The notes under the pieces were generated by a model. It had not been told where the DNA came from, did not search any database, and saw only the letters and a program-made list of their open reading frames with translations. A stretch of DNA of 63,185 bases, counting the filler, from Globobulimina sp. (taxonomy: Eukaryota), in NCBI GenBank assembly GCA_003354225.1. It is 36 parts of 36 records of this genome, joined end to end, with 100 filler letters (N's around TTAATTAATTAA, not from the genome) between each part and the next. Parts side by side here need not be neighbours in the genome. Positions count along the whole stretch, not along the records: positions 24,627 to 26,284 come from PIVH01013508.1; positions 26,385 to 28,042 come from PIVH01013509.1; positions 28,143 to 29,800 come from PIVH01013510.1; positions 29,901 to 31,558 come from PIVH01013511.1; positions 31,659 to 33,316 come from PIVH01013512.1; positions 33,417 to 35,074 come from PIVH01013513.1; positions 35,175 to 36,832 come from PIVH01013514.1; 29 more parts are not named here. One strand, given 5' to 3'. Within the stretch, counting starts at the first letter, position 1. Each line of letters opens with the position of its first letter. Made by a program: the position numbers and the translations under genes. This document shows positions 24,701-35,534 of this stretch, piece after piece.

Positions 24701-25154
24701 ATATCCAAAATACTTATTATTTTTGAAAACCATTGCTCATTATTTCAGTGGTGATGGAGCTACGATTGGCATAGTGAATGATTTGAATTTTGGTGAAATT
24801 GATTTAATTTCTGATGATAGCAGTATTCAACATATCTATCTGCGGATTTATGGAGTTGAAGGTGTATTGTTGGAGATAGATTTAATGGAAGCTAAATATC
24901 AAAATATTGATGAAATTGGTCAACATATCATAAATACACATATAAATGATACACGTCAAGGCATTGAAAATCAGGAATGGATTTGTGTTGGGTATAATGA
25001 ACCAAATCAATGGATATCAAAATTATATTTTATGAGTAGTATATTTCTTGTATTCATTGGATTATCACCAATAATTTCTGGAGTCACTTGTGGCATCGGA
25101 TTTTGTTGTCGCAAATGCAAACACAAAAGTAAAGAAAAAGAAAAACAATCATAG
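24701..25154 (+). CDS. C-terminal fragment of a membrane protein
   Basis: Open frame ending in a TM helix and Cys/Lys tail (GIGFCCRKCKHKSK). Confidence 0.5.
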
Positions 25155-25321
25155 AATAATCCCAAGATTAATTAAAAAAACATTATTTAAGCTGTTTTCG
25201 TAAGCACAGCATCCTGTCGTTTGGTTGAGAGCTAAGAAGAAAATACATCATTTCATTGTTGTGATTAGTTTGACATATTTTTATTATTAAATAAATCATC
25301 TCAATTCATCTGTGAATACAA

Positions 25322-25920
25322 ATGACAGCTAATCAAACAAACATTGCATCACCAGCCGAAATGGAGAGTCGCTTCTTCAAAAATTCAATAGCAATGCCAA
25401 AACCAAATGTAATTTCAAAGACAAACGTAATTTCAAAGACACCACAACCTAAAACCACACAAAAACTGTCAACATTGAATAATACAAACAACCCACAATA
25501 TAACAACCCAAACAGTACCAATACACAACACAAACATTCCCGGGCCCAATCTCAGCCCAATCTGAAATCCACACATCCGCCAAACCCACACAATCCAAAT
25601 AATCTTATTAATGATCCAAATGGTGATTCATACACTGACGCGGCGTATAATTATGCCACATCTTACGCAACATCGGCATATAGCTACATATCCTCTTTTT
25701 ATCCATCCCCTGATCCTGACGCCATTCACGAAAATGACCATGACACCACTAACGATATCGATAAAATACCTAATTTGGGCTTACCACAACACTCAAAATC
25801 TCTATCTGACATTCAAAATGGCTCAAAAAACATAACCAATGGACACCATTCGAAGTATAATAATAATAACTATGATACATCCATACCGGACACAAAACGA
25901 TACCCGTTACGTAGACACAC
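25322..25920 (+). CDS. Low-complexity N/P/H-rich protein N-terminus (partial)
   Basis: ATG at 25322 and about 200 open codons. Confidence 0.5.
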
Positions 25921-26031
25921 TTTTTATTATCTTATAACTGTAAATATATACATGTTTCGTGCATAAAATAATAGAATGACGGAGATTAAAGGCAATGCAT
26001 CCTCAGATTCAAATTTATGTCCATTATTAAC

Positions 26032-26284
26032 CAACGTCTGCAAGAATGGCATCGATGTGGTCATTTTCTGCGACACTGCAAACTCCAAGCTGGTCCCGTT
26101 TTTCCCAACGATCCGGGAACATCTGCTTTCCCAGAATGTTCCCGTCATCGAAATCGACCATCATTTTGGCGCGGACAGTGAAAAACTGGCGGATCAGGCG
26201 GTGACGCTTTACCAAAAAGCCAATGCCACCACAGAAATCACCGGTGAGCTTCTCAAAAAAATCCACCAAAAAAATCCCGATCTG
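26032..26284 (+). CDS. Bacterial DHH phosphoesterase fragment at contig tip
   Basis: VVIFCDTAN...VIEIDHHFG...ANATTEI; GC clearly above the upstream DNA. Confidence 0.75.
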
Positions 26285-26967
26285 NNNNNNNNNNNNNNNN
26301 NNNNNNNNNNNNNNNNNNNNNNNNNNNNTTAATTAATTAANNNNNNNNNNNNNNNNNNNNNNNNNNNNNNNNNNNNNNNNNNNNGTAAATGTTTGGATTT
26401 GTATCTTGTGCTGTTGCCTTTAAAAAATCAGATAAACACGCTCTACGTATCAGTGACCTGAACATTTGACTTTTTGCTTTCAGTGAAATGGTCGATGGTA
26501 ACGTACAGTTTTCTGCAGTTTTCCAAAAGCCTGACTGAATATTCACCAGCTCGAATCTAATTATATAAATGCACGGCTCACTAATTACATTCAATTGTGG
26601 GGATTAGTGATAATAACGAATGCATATGGTTGCAATTAATGAATGAATGATCGATTACATATACTGGCATTTTTTATATTATTTCTTTGACACAGAGACA
26701 AAAACAGAAAGCAAAAAGGTGGAGAATGTATATGTTGCAGCACATAATGAATTAATGATATGATTGAAGATGATGTGGATGAAGAAAAAAAAGAGAAACA
26801 ATATTCGAGTAAAGGTGGTATAGAATATGAGGGGGATATGTTTTATCCATCATATTGTTATGCAAAATGCAAACAACTTAACTATGTTACACAGAGTAAC
26901 GATGATGAATTTGAATATTTTATTTCTTGTGGATTAAGATAATGGAGTGGATGGCTGATATTTAACA

Positions 26968-27380
26968 TTACAAGTACTGGAACATTTTGGTCAACATTTG
27001 AAGCAATCCGTTGACGATCTCCTGCGGTAAGTGGTCGTTCTGGAACCATTGCCCCAACTTATCGGCGATGCGCTTGGAGCGGAAAATGAGCGACTTAAAG
27101 GCGTCCAAAATGGAACTCACATTCTTGGACTTGTTGAAGTTCTTTTTGTTGTGGCTCTGGCTGCGGCTGTTTTTGTTTTTGCTGCGTTTGATGGTGTTGG
27201 CGAACAACTCGATTAATTGCGTGATATTGTCGGGTTGGCACAGCACAAACTCGAACCAACGCCGACAAGGCGTCCAACGACAAGGCATGCCCCGATTTGG
27301 TCATATCAATGTAGAACTGGCACATATTATGCTTCTTAATCTCGAACAGCTTCTCCTTGTCCGCGTCGCTGGGGGGGGAA
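26968..27380 (-). CDS. Helical/ARM-like fragment, possibly MAP3K-epsilon/Cdc7-type kinase tail, frameshifted
   Basis: QFYIDM.....LDALSAW and ILDAFKSLIFRSKRIA segments lie in two frames; weak recalled similarity. Confidence 0.3.
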
Positions 27381-27590
27381 TTTGCTGATATTATTATACA
27401 GCTAGAGTCAGATGAGGAAGAATCAAGAAGATAAATTATGTAAAGCGCGCTGGAATCAGAGGCTGAAGCGAAGCCTAAACACGAACCAAAATATTTAGCT
27501 CCAGGGACAAAGCCAGAATCAGAACCGAACGATTAGTGAGTATTTGCTGATTTGTTGCTGATTTTGTAGGTTTTTGTTGTGTGTGTGTTT

Positions 27591-27636
27591 GTGTGTCTTG
27601 ATTTGTGTGTCTTGATTTGTGTGTCTTGATTTGTGT
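27591..27636. repeat. 14-bp tandem repeat (GTGTGTCTTGATTT) x3
   Basis: Read directly. Confidence 0.85.
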
Positions 27637-27838
27637 ACCTGTTCTGTTAAATTAAACTGTTAAAAACAAGTCAGTCTGCGAAAACTGTAAAACTGTAAAA
27701 TCGTTCTAACCATCGACCATTTCACTGAAAGCAAAAAGTCAATTGGCATTGCGAAATTGACAGATTTGGAAAAAAAACCTCAACATCCTTATTTTTATTA
27801 AACCTTTATCAATATCAAACAATCAGATACTTCACAAC

Positions 27839-28042
27839 ATGATGATGATTACAGTAATTGTTATGGCCATAGGAGTAATTTTTGGTGTGCATGGGCAGGC
27901 ATATCACGCTCATTGTGATTTAGAAATAACAGTATTTAATGAACATTGTCTGTTGCTTAATTCATTCATTATTAATCAAACAAACAATAGAATTGGATTT
28001 GGTGAACAATGTAAATATTCTGATTTAGGAAATGAATTTTGT
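27839..28042 (+). CDS. Secreted protein N-terminus (partial)
   Basis: Signal peptide MMMITVIVMAIGVIFGVHG then HAHC. Confidence 0.5.
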
Positions 28043-28142
28043 NNNNNNNNNNNNNNNNNNNNNNNNNNNNNNNNNNNNNNNNNNNNTTAATTAATTAANN
28101 NNNNNNNNNNNNNNNNNNNNNNNNNNNNNNNNNNNNNNNNNN

Positions 28143-29800
28143 CTCCAAATAACACAAGTAGCACAAGCATAATTTGTGAGACAATGGACCTAGATTTTGA
28201 CATTGTATCCGATGCCGCATACTTATCAAAATCAACATGACCTCCCGTGGAAATACCAAAGATTGCTCCCAAAGTCAGCGAGAATGAGTCATCAATATAC
28301 TTCGCAATATAATAATATTCAGCAAATACAAAACCAAAGAAAAACAACAACCATAATAAGGCAAAATTAGTAATATCCGCTGTCATTTTTTGTACAATAA
28401 TCAGCAACAAACCAAAGGTTTTACTCATTGACAACAGTGTGGATACTCTTAAAAATGCTAAAATCATTGTAAATGCGTATATTGTTTCGAAAACTATAAC
28501 GAAATCGGAATATAAATTACCGGTTTCTCTGTTATCCAATAAGTAATAAAATCGTATACCAGCTAGTATTCCAAAGTTAAATCCTAAAAATAACGACGAT
28601 AAATCAGCGATAGTCATTCTAAACAATCGATGATTATTTAATGTCATATATACAGACTGCACAGCTGAGGATAGACCAAATAGCCACAAAATAGCTTCGA
28701 AGAATATAAATGGCGATGAAAGAGTTAACCTTCGAGCAGCAAAAAAAGATAATAACACAACTTCGCATACAAATAATAATAAATGTATTATATATTTACC
28801 GCAAGGCATAGCAGGGAATGACCGATAATGATCAGTGAGCAATGCAAAAAAGTTAATGCTATCATAGCTTGAAAAGTGATCGTGTGCATGCGGGGTATTA
28901 TCGCCTTCGATAAATGACGAACATTCCCACATACCGTGCAATATGGCCATGACTCGTTTGTTTGCAATAAATGTACCATTTTCCGACCGGATAGCAATTT
29001 GCAAGCAATCTAATGGTGGTTCGGATGTTGGTTCTAAGTCTGTTGGACATTCGAGACAAATCAACGCAGCGTGATCGCTGTTAATATCTCGTATTATATC
29101 AATTGCAATGTTTGTATAATGTTCATATAACTTATCGTATTCTTCACAATATGCACTGGCGTTCTTTGATATAATTTTTGTAAATTCCGCTATTTTTAAG
29201 CAAATAGCAATAGGAAATTGGCTGTCAATCAAACATTTGTTGGAATGAAATTGTTCTGAATGGAATGTATAATAATTATAACATACCTGCCTTCCACGAC
29301 ACGCTTGCAAACTTTGTGAACGTGGATTGGTGGGAAAATATGGAGTTTGTGCGGCATTTCAAATAATAGTCGTATACCAATTGCCTGTTTAATGCATAAA
29401 TGAGCTGATAACATTTAAAAGGAAAACAGTTAAAAAACTAAGCTGATGGCAAGATCATAGCAATGTATTGCAGTGGAATCCATACAATTTCTTCTAAAAA
29501 TGACAACATTTCAATATATTTTAATGTTATGTGGAAGCATAAATGTCCATACTTTTAAATGTATAATGTCAGCATAAGTTGGAGGTTAATTAACATAATG
29601 ACATAACACATACTTTGAACATATCAATGCTTAATATTTTATCAGATAACATGTTGAATGGTTGGTTAACTTCAGCAGCAAGCTCGGAAAAATTCGGTGG
29701 CGCATTATTTAAAATGTCATGGGTGGATTCAATTAGTCCTTCAATATACTTTTGCAATCTATCCATTGTTTTATTAAATTTCTTTTTATCTTTCAATTTA
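28143..29800 (-). CDS. TRP cation channel (TRPM/TRPC-like), partial, spliced
   Basis: CLQIAIRSE...FIA...V..IL..MW; P..KY; S4-S5 linker FLRV..LLSMSKTFGLLLIIVQKMTADITNF; pore helix TLGAIFG. Confidence 0.82.
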
Positions 29801-30393
29801 NNNNNNNNNNNNNNNNNNNNNNNNNNNNNNNNNNNNNNNNNNNNTTAATTAATTAANNNNNNNNNNNNNNNNNNNNNNNNNNNNNNNNNNNNNNNNNNNN
29901 ATGTTATAGTAAATATTTGCCTGTGATCAACGCTGTACCAGCTGTTACATGTAGAAGCACCAAGACCATTTGTCAGTATTGTATTGCCATTTTTTCATAT
30001 CCATATTTTCTCAATATAATACATAATATTACCATCCGAAATAATTCATGTCTGCCTAAATAATTCTGCGTTCATTGTTCTGTTCACAGTCACCAATTAC
30101 TCACCATATAACTTAAATATTTCTTGATGTTTATATTTTGTTGTTGTGACGATTATTGCGTTTTTGTTATACCTGTTCAGACGAAACAGACCTTTTGTTT
30201 ACCGGGACAGGAAAGGATTAAGTATTTTACGCACAATGCTCTTTCAGCGTTTTTTGTAGTAAAATTAAATTATAAAAAAATAAATACAGTATATATATTT
30301 CAAACATACAGTATTAACAGTCTGATGCTCTTCGAACAAAAAGTCATATATTTTGCTCAAGTTTTATCTAAAATTCGCATTTAATAAATACAA

Positions 30394-31551
30394 TTACGAT
30401 TTATTTATTTGCTCAGGTGGTGATTCTAACGATGCTTTGACAGAATTGATTACAGCAATATTTATTTCACGATATCTTTCCAGATCAGAAGTAGTTGTTC
30501 TTTGTGAATCAAACTCTTCGTTTTCAGGTTTCATTGCATAGCAACTTAATATTTCTACTGTGTTATCCTCTTTTCTTTCCTGTATGATTGCATTACTTGA
30601 TATCGTTATATTCACTGTTTTATTTTGTGCGACATTTTGTATTGTTTCTGTATGCTCCATAACAACTTCCCCCGTTAATAAACATGATGAACAGCAACAA
30701 CATAACTTGAATCTCCTTAAAATCCGAACAAGTTTCAAATATTTATCGTTATTGAAATCAATCATTAAATATAAAATAAGCATTGTCAGCGATATGTCGA
30801 ATATCCCAATCAAGTGCAGATCCCTAACCATGTGCACAAAATTTAAATCAATCTCATTCGAGATAATACCAATAAATGCAAAAACGTATGAAAATTCAAG
30901 TAATATTGTCAGTACAACAATTTTTTGTAAAACAATCTTAATTTTATGTACAGTTTGGTAATCTTTAGAATGATGAGTAAGTCGATATATTTGAAAAATA
31001 TAAGCAATTAAAACTGCCAAATCCCATATAAAAAAACCAAAAAAAAATATTGTAGCAATAAGCTTCGATATTCCTTGCAATGTGAACGATAAACACTTAT
31101 TTTGAGTTATATCGACTGTGTGAAGATATAATAATGGAAATAGAATTAATGTGGCTACTACGAAAGAGCCAGAAACATAAAACACGATAAATACACATGG
31201 ATGATAACCATAGCTGCAGCTGTCAGAGTTGATGTGATGCCGAGAGAAACAGTATTGGAGTCGAGAAATTTGATAAAACGTCAACATCACTTTGGTACAC
31301 AGGATAAATGCAGCTGAGAATAAATAGAGATGCTGACAAATTGGACGAATAGTTGACAGCAATAATAAAAATGACGAAATAATGCAGCATCCAAATATTA
31401 TTCTTGCGCAATATTCTAATATTCGTTTGTGAATGTTTCCGGTTGTTGTTGATGACTGTTCAAGCCCTTTTTTAATGTGCGATTGAAATACATATATTGT
31501 TAAGCACAATATACAGATCATCAGGACTCTGCTAATCCAATCGGTAAGCAA
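30394..31551 (-). CDS. 7TM GPCR-like protein
   Basis: Seven hydrophobic segments; YQISRLQYCFS (DRY-like position); WDLAVL..YI; Cys-rich tail LCCCCSSC. Confidence 0.75.
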   Translation of the reverse strand: MLTDWISRVLMICILCLTIYVFQSHIKKGLEQSSTTTGNIHKRILEYCARIIFGCCIISSFLLLLSTIRPICQHLYLFSAAFILCTKVMLTFYQISRLQYCFSRHHINSDSCSYGYHPCVFIVFYVSGSFVVATLILFPLLYLHTVDITQNKCLSFTLQGISKLIATIFFFGFFIWDLAVLIAYIFQIYRLTHHSKDYQTVHKIKIVLQKIVVLTILLEFSYVFAFIGIISNEIDLNFVHMVRDLHLIGIFDISLTMLILYLMIDFNNDKYLKLVRILRRFKLCCCCSSCLLTGEVVMEHTETIQNVAQNKTVNITISSNAIIQERKEDNTVEILSCYAMKPENEEFDSQRTTTSDLERYREINIAVINSVKASLESPPEQINKS

Positions 31552-31658
31552 CTGCGTCNNNNNNNNNNNNNNNNNNNNNNNNNNNNNNNNNNNNNNNNNN
31601 NNTTAATTAATTAANNNNNNNNNNNNNNNNNNNNNNNNNNNNNNNNNNNNNNNNNNNN

Positions 31659-31968
31659 CGATTTGCGAGCTGCTTTGGACTTGACAAATAGTCGTTTCTT
31701 GACTGTCTTTGGTTTCTTGACAACCTTTCTGCTTCTTTTCTTGATAGTTTTCTTAGGAACCGACTTCCTTGAGCGTTTAGTGTTAGCCTTAGTCTTCTGC
31801 TTTCTATAACGTTTCTTCGATGAAGGAGCGGCAACAGTTGATGATGAGACAGAAGCAGTAGGAAAACGCTCAGCAGTGGAAGACAACACACCACCAAAAC
31901 CTAAACACACCTAACATACAATACAGAAACTAGAATATTTTAAGATTACCTGAATTAGCAGCAGACAT
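31659..31968 (-). CDS. Lys/Arg-rich DNA-condensing-type protein, intron 31901-31949 (3' partial)
   Basis: ATG TCT GCT GCT AAT TCA G|GTAATC...TTTAG|GT TTT GGT gives MSAANSGFGGVLSS...KKRYRKQKTKANTKRSRKSVPKKTIKKRSRKVVKKPKTVKKRLF. Confidence 0.65.
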
Positions 31969-32060
31969 GAGAACCCAACCACACACGACCTTAACAAAGT
32001 GTGTAAATGACAAATTGATCGACTGGACATCTTTTATACCCACAACTCGTCACTGATTGG

Positions 32061-32732
32061 TCAGTTTACAGGAACAAACACAGCTTGATGATCCTTCATG
32101 ATGTCAGATCTTATGCGTAGATGTTTGACATTTGTAGCTAGATCGACCAATATGTAACCATAAGGTTTCTGCATTTCAGTGTCATATGCAGATTGCAATG
32201 CACGCCTGAGCCCAATTTGACTACCCAGAATGGCCACTTGTTGCTGCATTTTAGGTGAGTTGAGAAGAAAGTAATAACCAACATTTTGGGCGATGATCCT
32301 GGATGCAGGAGTAGGTGCGAATATAATATGCCAAAACAACACCAAACTGACATTGTAATGACGAGCCACAGTGAACAAATGAGCCAACTCCTTGGAGGCA
32401 GTGGTCTGCATGGTGGCGTCGTCAATGGCCATTATGGTCTGCTTTGTGCCTGCCAAACTTTTCATTTCCTCTTCGGAGAAACTTGATGCCTGAATAAACT
32501 CTATTTCTACACCCTCTGTAGCCAGATTTCTTTTTGTTTGCATGTAGCTGTCTTGATAGCAGTTGTAAAAGAAAACTACACGGTCGGGTTTTGGATTATA
32601 GACCAGTTCAGCGTGCTCCAATGTCTTTAAAAATAGGCTAGTTTTTCCACTTTGAGTTGTCCCACAGAACAGTATATTTCTTGGAAGCTGTAACCTGGCA
32701 TCAAATTCAAACGATTGCCTCAGTGATGACAT
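32061..32732 (-). CDS. A32/FtsK-HerA family genome packaging ATPase (Polinton/adintovirus type)
   Basis: FDARLQLP; Walker A GTTQSGKT; VFFY..YQ..Y; Walker B MAIDD; arginine-finger LFT.ARHYNVS; SRII..N..Y.FL; KPYGYILVDL...LRIRSDI. Confidence 0.9.
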   Translation of the reverse strand: MSSLRQSFEFDARLQLPRNILFCGTTQSGKTSLFLKTLEHAELVYNPKPDRVVFFYNCYQDSYMQTKRNLATEGVEIEFIQASSFSEEEMKSLAGTKQTIMAIDDATMQTTASKELAHLFTVARHYNVSLVLFWHIIFAPTPASRIIAQNVGYYFLLNSPKMQQQVAILGSQIGLRRALQSAYDTEMQKPYGYILVDLATNVKHLRIRSDIMKDHQAVFVPVN

Positions 32733-32840
32733 GACGACCGCTCATTAACAGACACAATTACAAACTGATATATTATGAAGGTTAACAACTTTATACATCA
32801 TTTCCTTAAATTTACTGCTTGCTGTATGGTCGTGTCAAAA

Positions 32841-33239
32841 ATGTTGCTCACACTCAGCAATAAATTCTGTGACAGCGAGGAACGATACATTTACCCTACT
32901 CATTTTACAAACCGCACACCTTTTGTTTTGGTATTCGACGAATCAATGGCTGATGATAAACCAACCAATCATTATGTGCGTTTGGAAGCCATAGCCATCG
33001 ACCCATGGCCCAGCAAACCAGTTGTTGTCTACTGCAGTCTATGTGAACGACAACCGTTTGGAAGATTACTCGAAAAAGTTTTATCGATGACCTATGGAGA
33101 AGAAAAGTTTTCAAGACCACGAGTACAAGTTCAATAGGGCAGGAATAATGATATTGAAATTGAATTGAAAACTGTTGTCGGCGAGCCTGTTATCACTGAT
33201 ACTGTTACTGTGCAATTGTCTGTTGAGAAATTTGAATGA
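32841..33239 (+). pseudogene. Minor capsid (penton, single jelly-roll)-like gene with in-frame TAG at 33135-33137
   Basis: MLLTLSN...YP..FTN..P.VL; V.L..I; VVYCSLCERQPFG....VL; past the TAG: DIEIELKTVVGEPV...VTVQL, matching the Polinton penton layout. Confidence 0.65.
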
Positions 33240-33416
33240 TCATTTAATAAACAACTGCCTGTTAAACATTCTATACACAATAATACTAACACAACACACA
33301 ACAACAAATAATGAGTNNNNNNNNNNNNNNNNNNNNNNNNNNNNNNNNNNNNNNNNNNNNTTAATTAATTAANNNNNNNNNNNNNNNNNNNNNNNNNNNN
33401 NNNNNNNNNNNNNNNN

Positions 33417-35074
33417 TCGTTATTTCGAAGGTGATTTATCTAAAAATCTGAGTTACGACAGTGGCAATATAATGTTCTCCGCGTCGTCACTCCGCCTCAA
33501 AACGGGCACCTTGGATGAATTGGGCTTACCAATCAGTGTAAAAAAAGGCTATTTAAAATCACTAACTATCCGCATCACCATCGCCTCCTTCACCGTCTAC
33601 ATCGAAGGCAAAGGCTTATTCCTCTTAGTTTACCCACAGCACTCCTCTCAACATTTCGATTACGAAGCACATAAACGACAGCAATCAGCCATCAAACAAT
33701 CCCTTTTACGCAATGCCGAACATCGCATGTTATCCACAGAGTGGGAGTTCCTAAATCAACAGCCATCTCTTGGCCAAAAATGGTATAAATCTCTGACCAA
33801 ACGTTTCCTTAAAAACGTGAACCTCAACATCATGGACGTCCATATACGATATCAAGACACCTCCACCATTGCCCACCATCCCTTTGTTATGGGATTGACT
33901 CTAAAATCACTCACCGCCATTAATTTGGAGCAAAGCGAGCATGAACAACCCGAAGAGCACGAAGAGGAACAAAAACAGGATCGAATCTGCAAGAAAGTGA
34001 GCGTAGAATCACTGTCATTGTACTTAAACACAGCACAGTACGATGACGACAATGATAATATTATCTGGAATGAGGAGCTGTTGTCCAACGAGGAAATAAT
34101 CGATAAATTCCAAGAAATCCCCTCCAAACGCTATAGATGCAGTTATTATGATTATATATTGGCGCCATTGTCGTTATCATTTATTATGTACATTCACGAA
34201 CACATTGAACGGCATATTCACGAAAACCCACACAATCCCAATAAATGGAAGGCGCGCATCGAATGTAAGATAAATGTGGAACGGTTAACAGTGTCGCTAA
34301 CCTGTACACAATTGAATACCTTGCAATTATGGCAAAAATCGTGGAAATATGTACTGGCAAAGATGGAGTTGGAACAGGTTTTGAATGAAATGAAAAAGAA
34401 GCGACCCACAAAAAAATCTGGTCATAGCAAGTTATGGTGGCGATATGTGACACAATGCGTCATTTCATTGCATCAAAACGCCAAAGAAAAGGCGTTGGGA
34501 CAACATATAAACCATAATGGAATTGACTGGAGTGCGATTTTAAACTTTTCAGAGTACAAAACGCAATATTTCGACTTGTATAAACGCAAAATGCGACCCA
34601 ATTCCATCAAGAATTGGTTAAAGGAATTAGATACCGACGAAACTATACAATTGCAAGAGTTGGAACACATGTTATCATTGGATCAGATACTAATTTTTCG
34701 GTCGTTGGCCATTGCCGAATTGAAAGAAGAAATGGAAAAAAGAAAGTTGTTCATTCAGCAACGCGAACAGAAAAAACAAGAGGAAAACAAAGATAGTTAT
34801 TTCATGACACGAATGTTATACAATGCAGGGAATTACGCCAAATCGTATGTAGTTTCTGAAGAGGAACAGACGGAACAATATAAATTGTCGCATGTGGAGA
34901 GGAAGAGAGTCATTTTTGGCATTGATTTTGCCTCACATTTGGAGAAAATGAAGTTGCCGGACAGCTATGTTCGGTATCGATTTGGATTGATATTCAATTT
35001 GATTTGTATTAATTTATACGAAGAGAATATCATTGCATCGCTGACCATTACGTCCAAGTTACAGTTTCAGATTC
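33417..35074 (+). CDS. VPS13: VPS13 N-terminal (chorein) region, partial
   Basis: LDELGLPISVKKGYL; NVNLNIMDVHIRYQD; PFVMGLTL; YILAPLS; RP......WWRY; Y..LYKRK; LEH.LS..QIL.FRSLA. Confidence 0.9.
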
Positions 35075-35534
35075 NNNNNNNNNNNNNNNNNNNNNNNNNN
35101 NNNNNNNNNNNNNNNNNNTTAATTAATTAANNNNNNNNNNNNNNNNNNNNNNNNNNNNNNNNNNNNNNNNNNNNCATATGGTATTGCTGTTTCTTTTGAC
35201 TTTTCTTCAATAGTTCTAAATGTCAATGCTCCTTTTGCGTTTGCCGAGGATGGATTCCCCTGACATGATGGCAATTAGCTAGAAAAAACTGTTAAGGATT
35301 CCTCACTAAAAAAAGATTCCTATGGCGGTCGCATGTTATTTACAGTTGAAATGAGGAGTTTTAATAGATAGCGGTCAGTATTCACTACTGTACATACATG
35401 CAAACACGGCAACATTTATTTTAATTTACTTTTAAAACAAAAAAAACAAAGTTTGGTTTAATTTTCTTCAATAAAACCAAAAAAAAAGGAAACTTTTAAT
35501 GACATGTATCCACAGTATTTATTGGTTTACAATT

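Larger units (their letters stand above)
31659..33316. mobile_element. Polinton/Maverick/adintovirus-like element fragment (virion morphogenesis genes)
   Basis: Packaging ATPase, penton-like gene and basic core-like gene packed with about 100-bp spacers; less AT-rich than most host contigs. Confidence 0.8.

Noticed and set aside
25976-26284. 118-aa ORF as a horizontally acquired DHH gene
   Set aside because: AT-rich start fused in frame by chance to a GC-richer bacterial fragment at a contig end.
33135-33137. TAG reassignment (alternative genetic code)
   Set aside because: Single instance; long genes here have no in-frame TAG/TAA and TAG/TAA end several genes normally.
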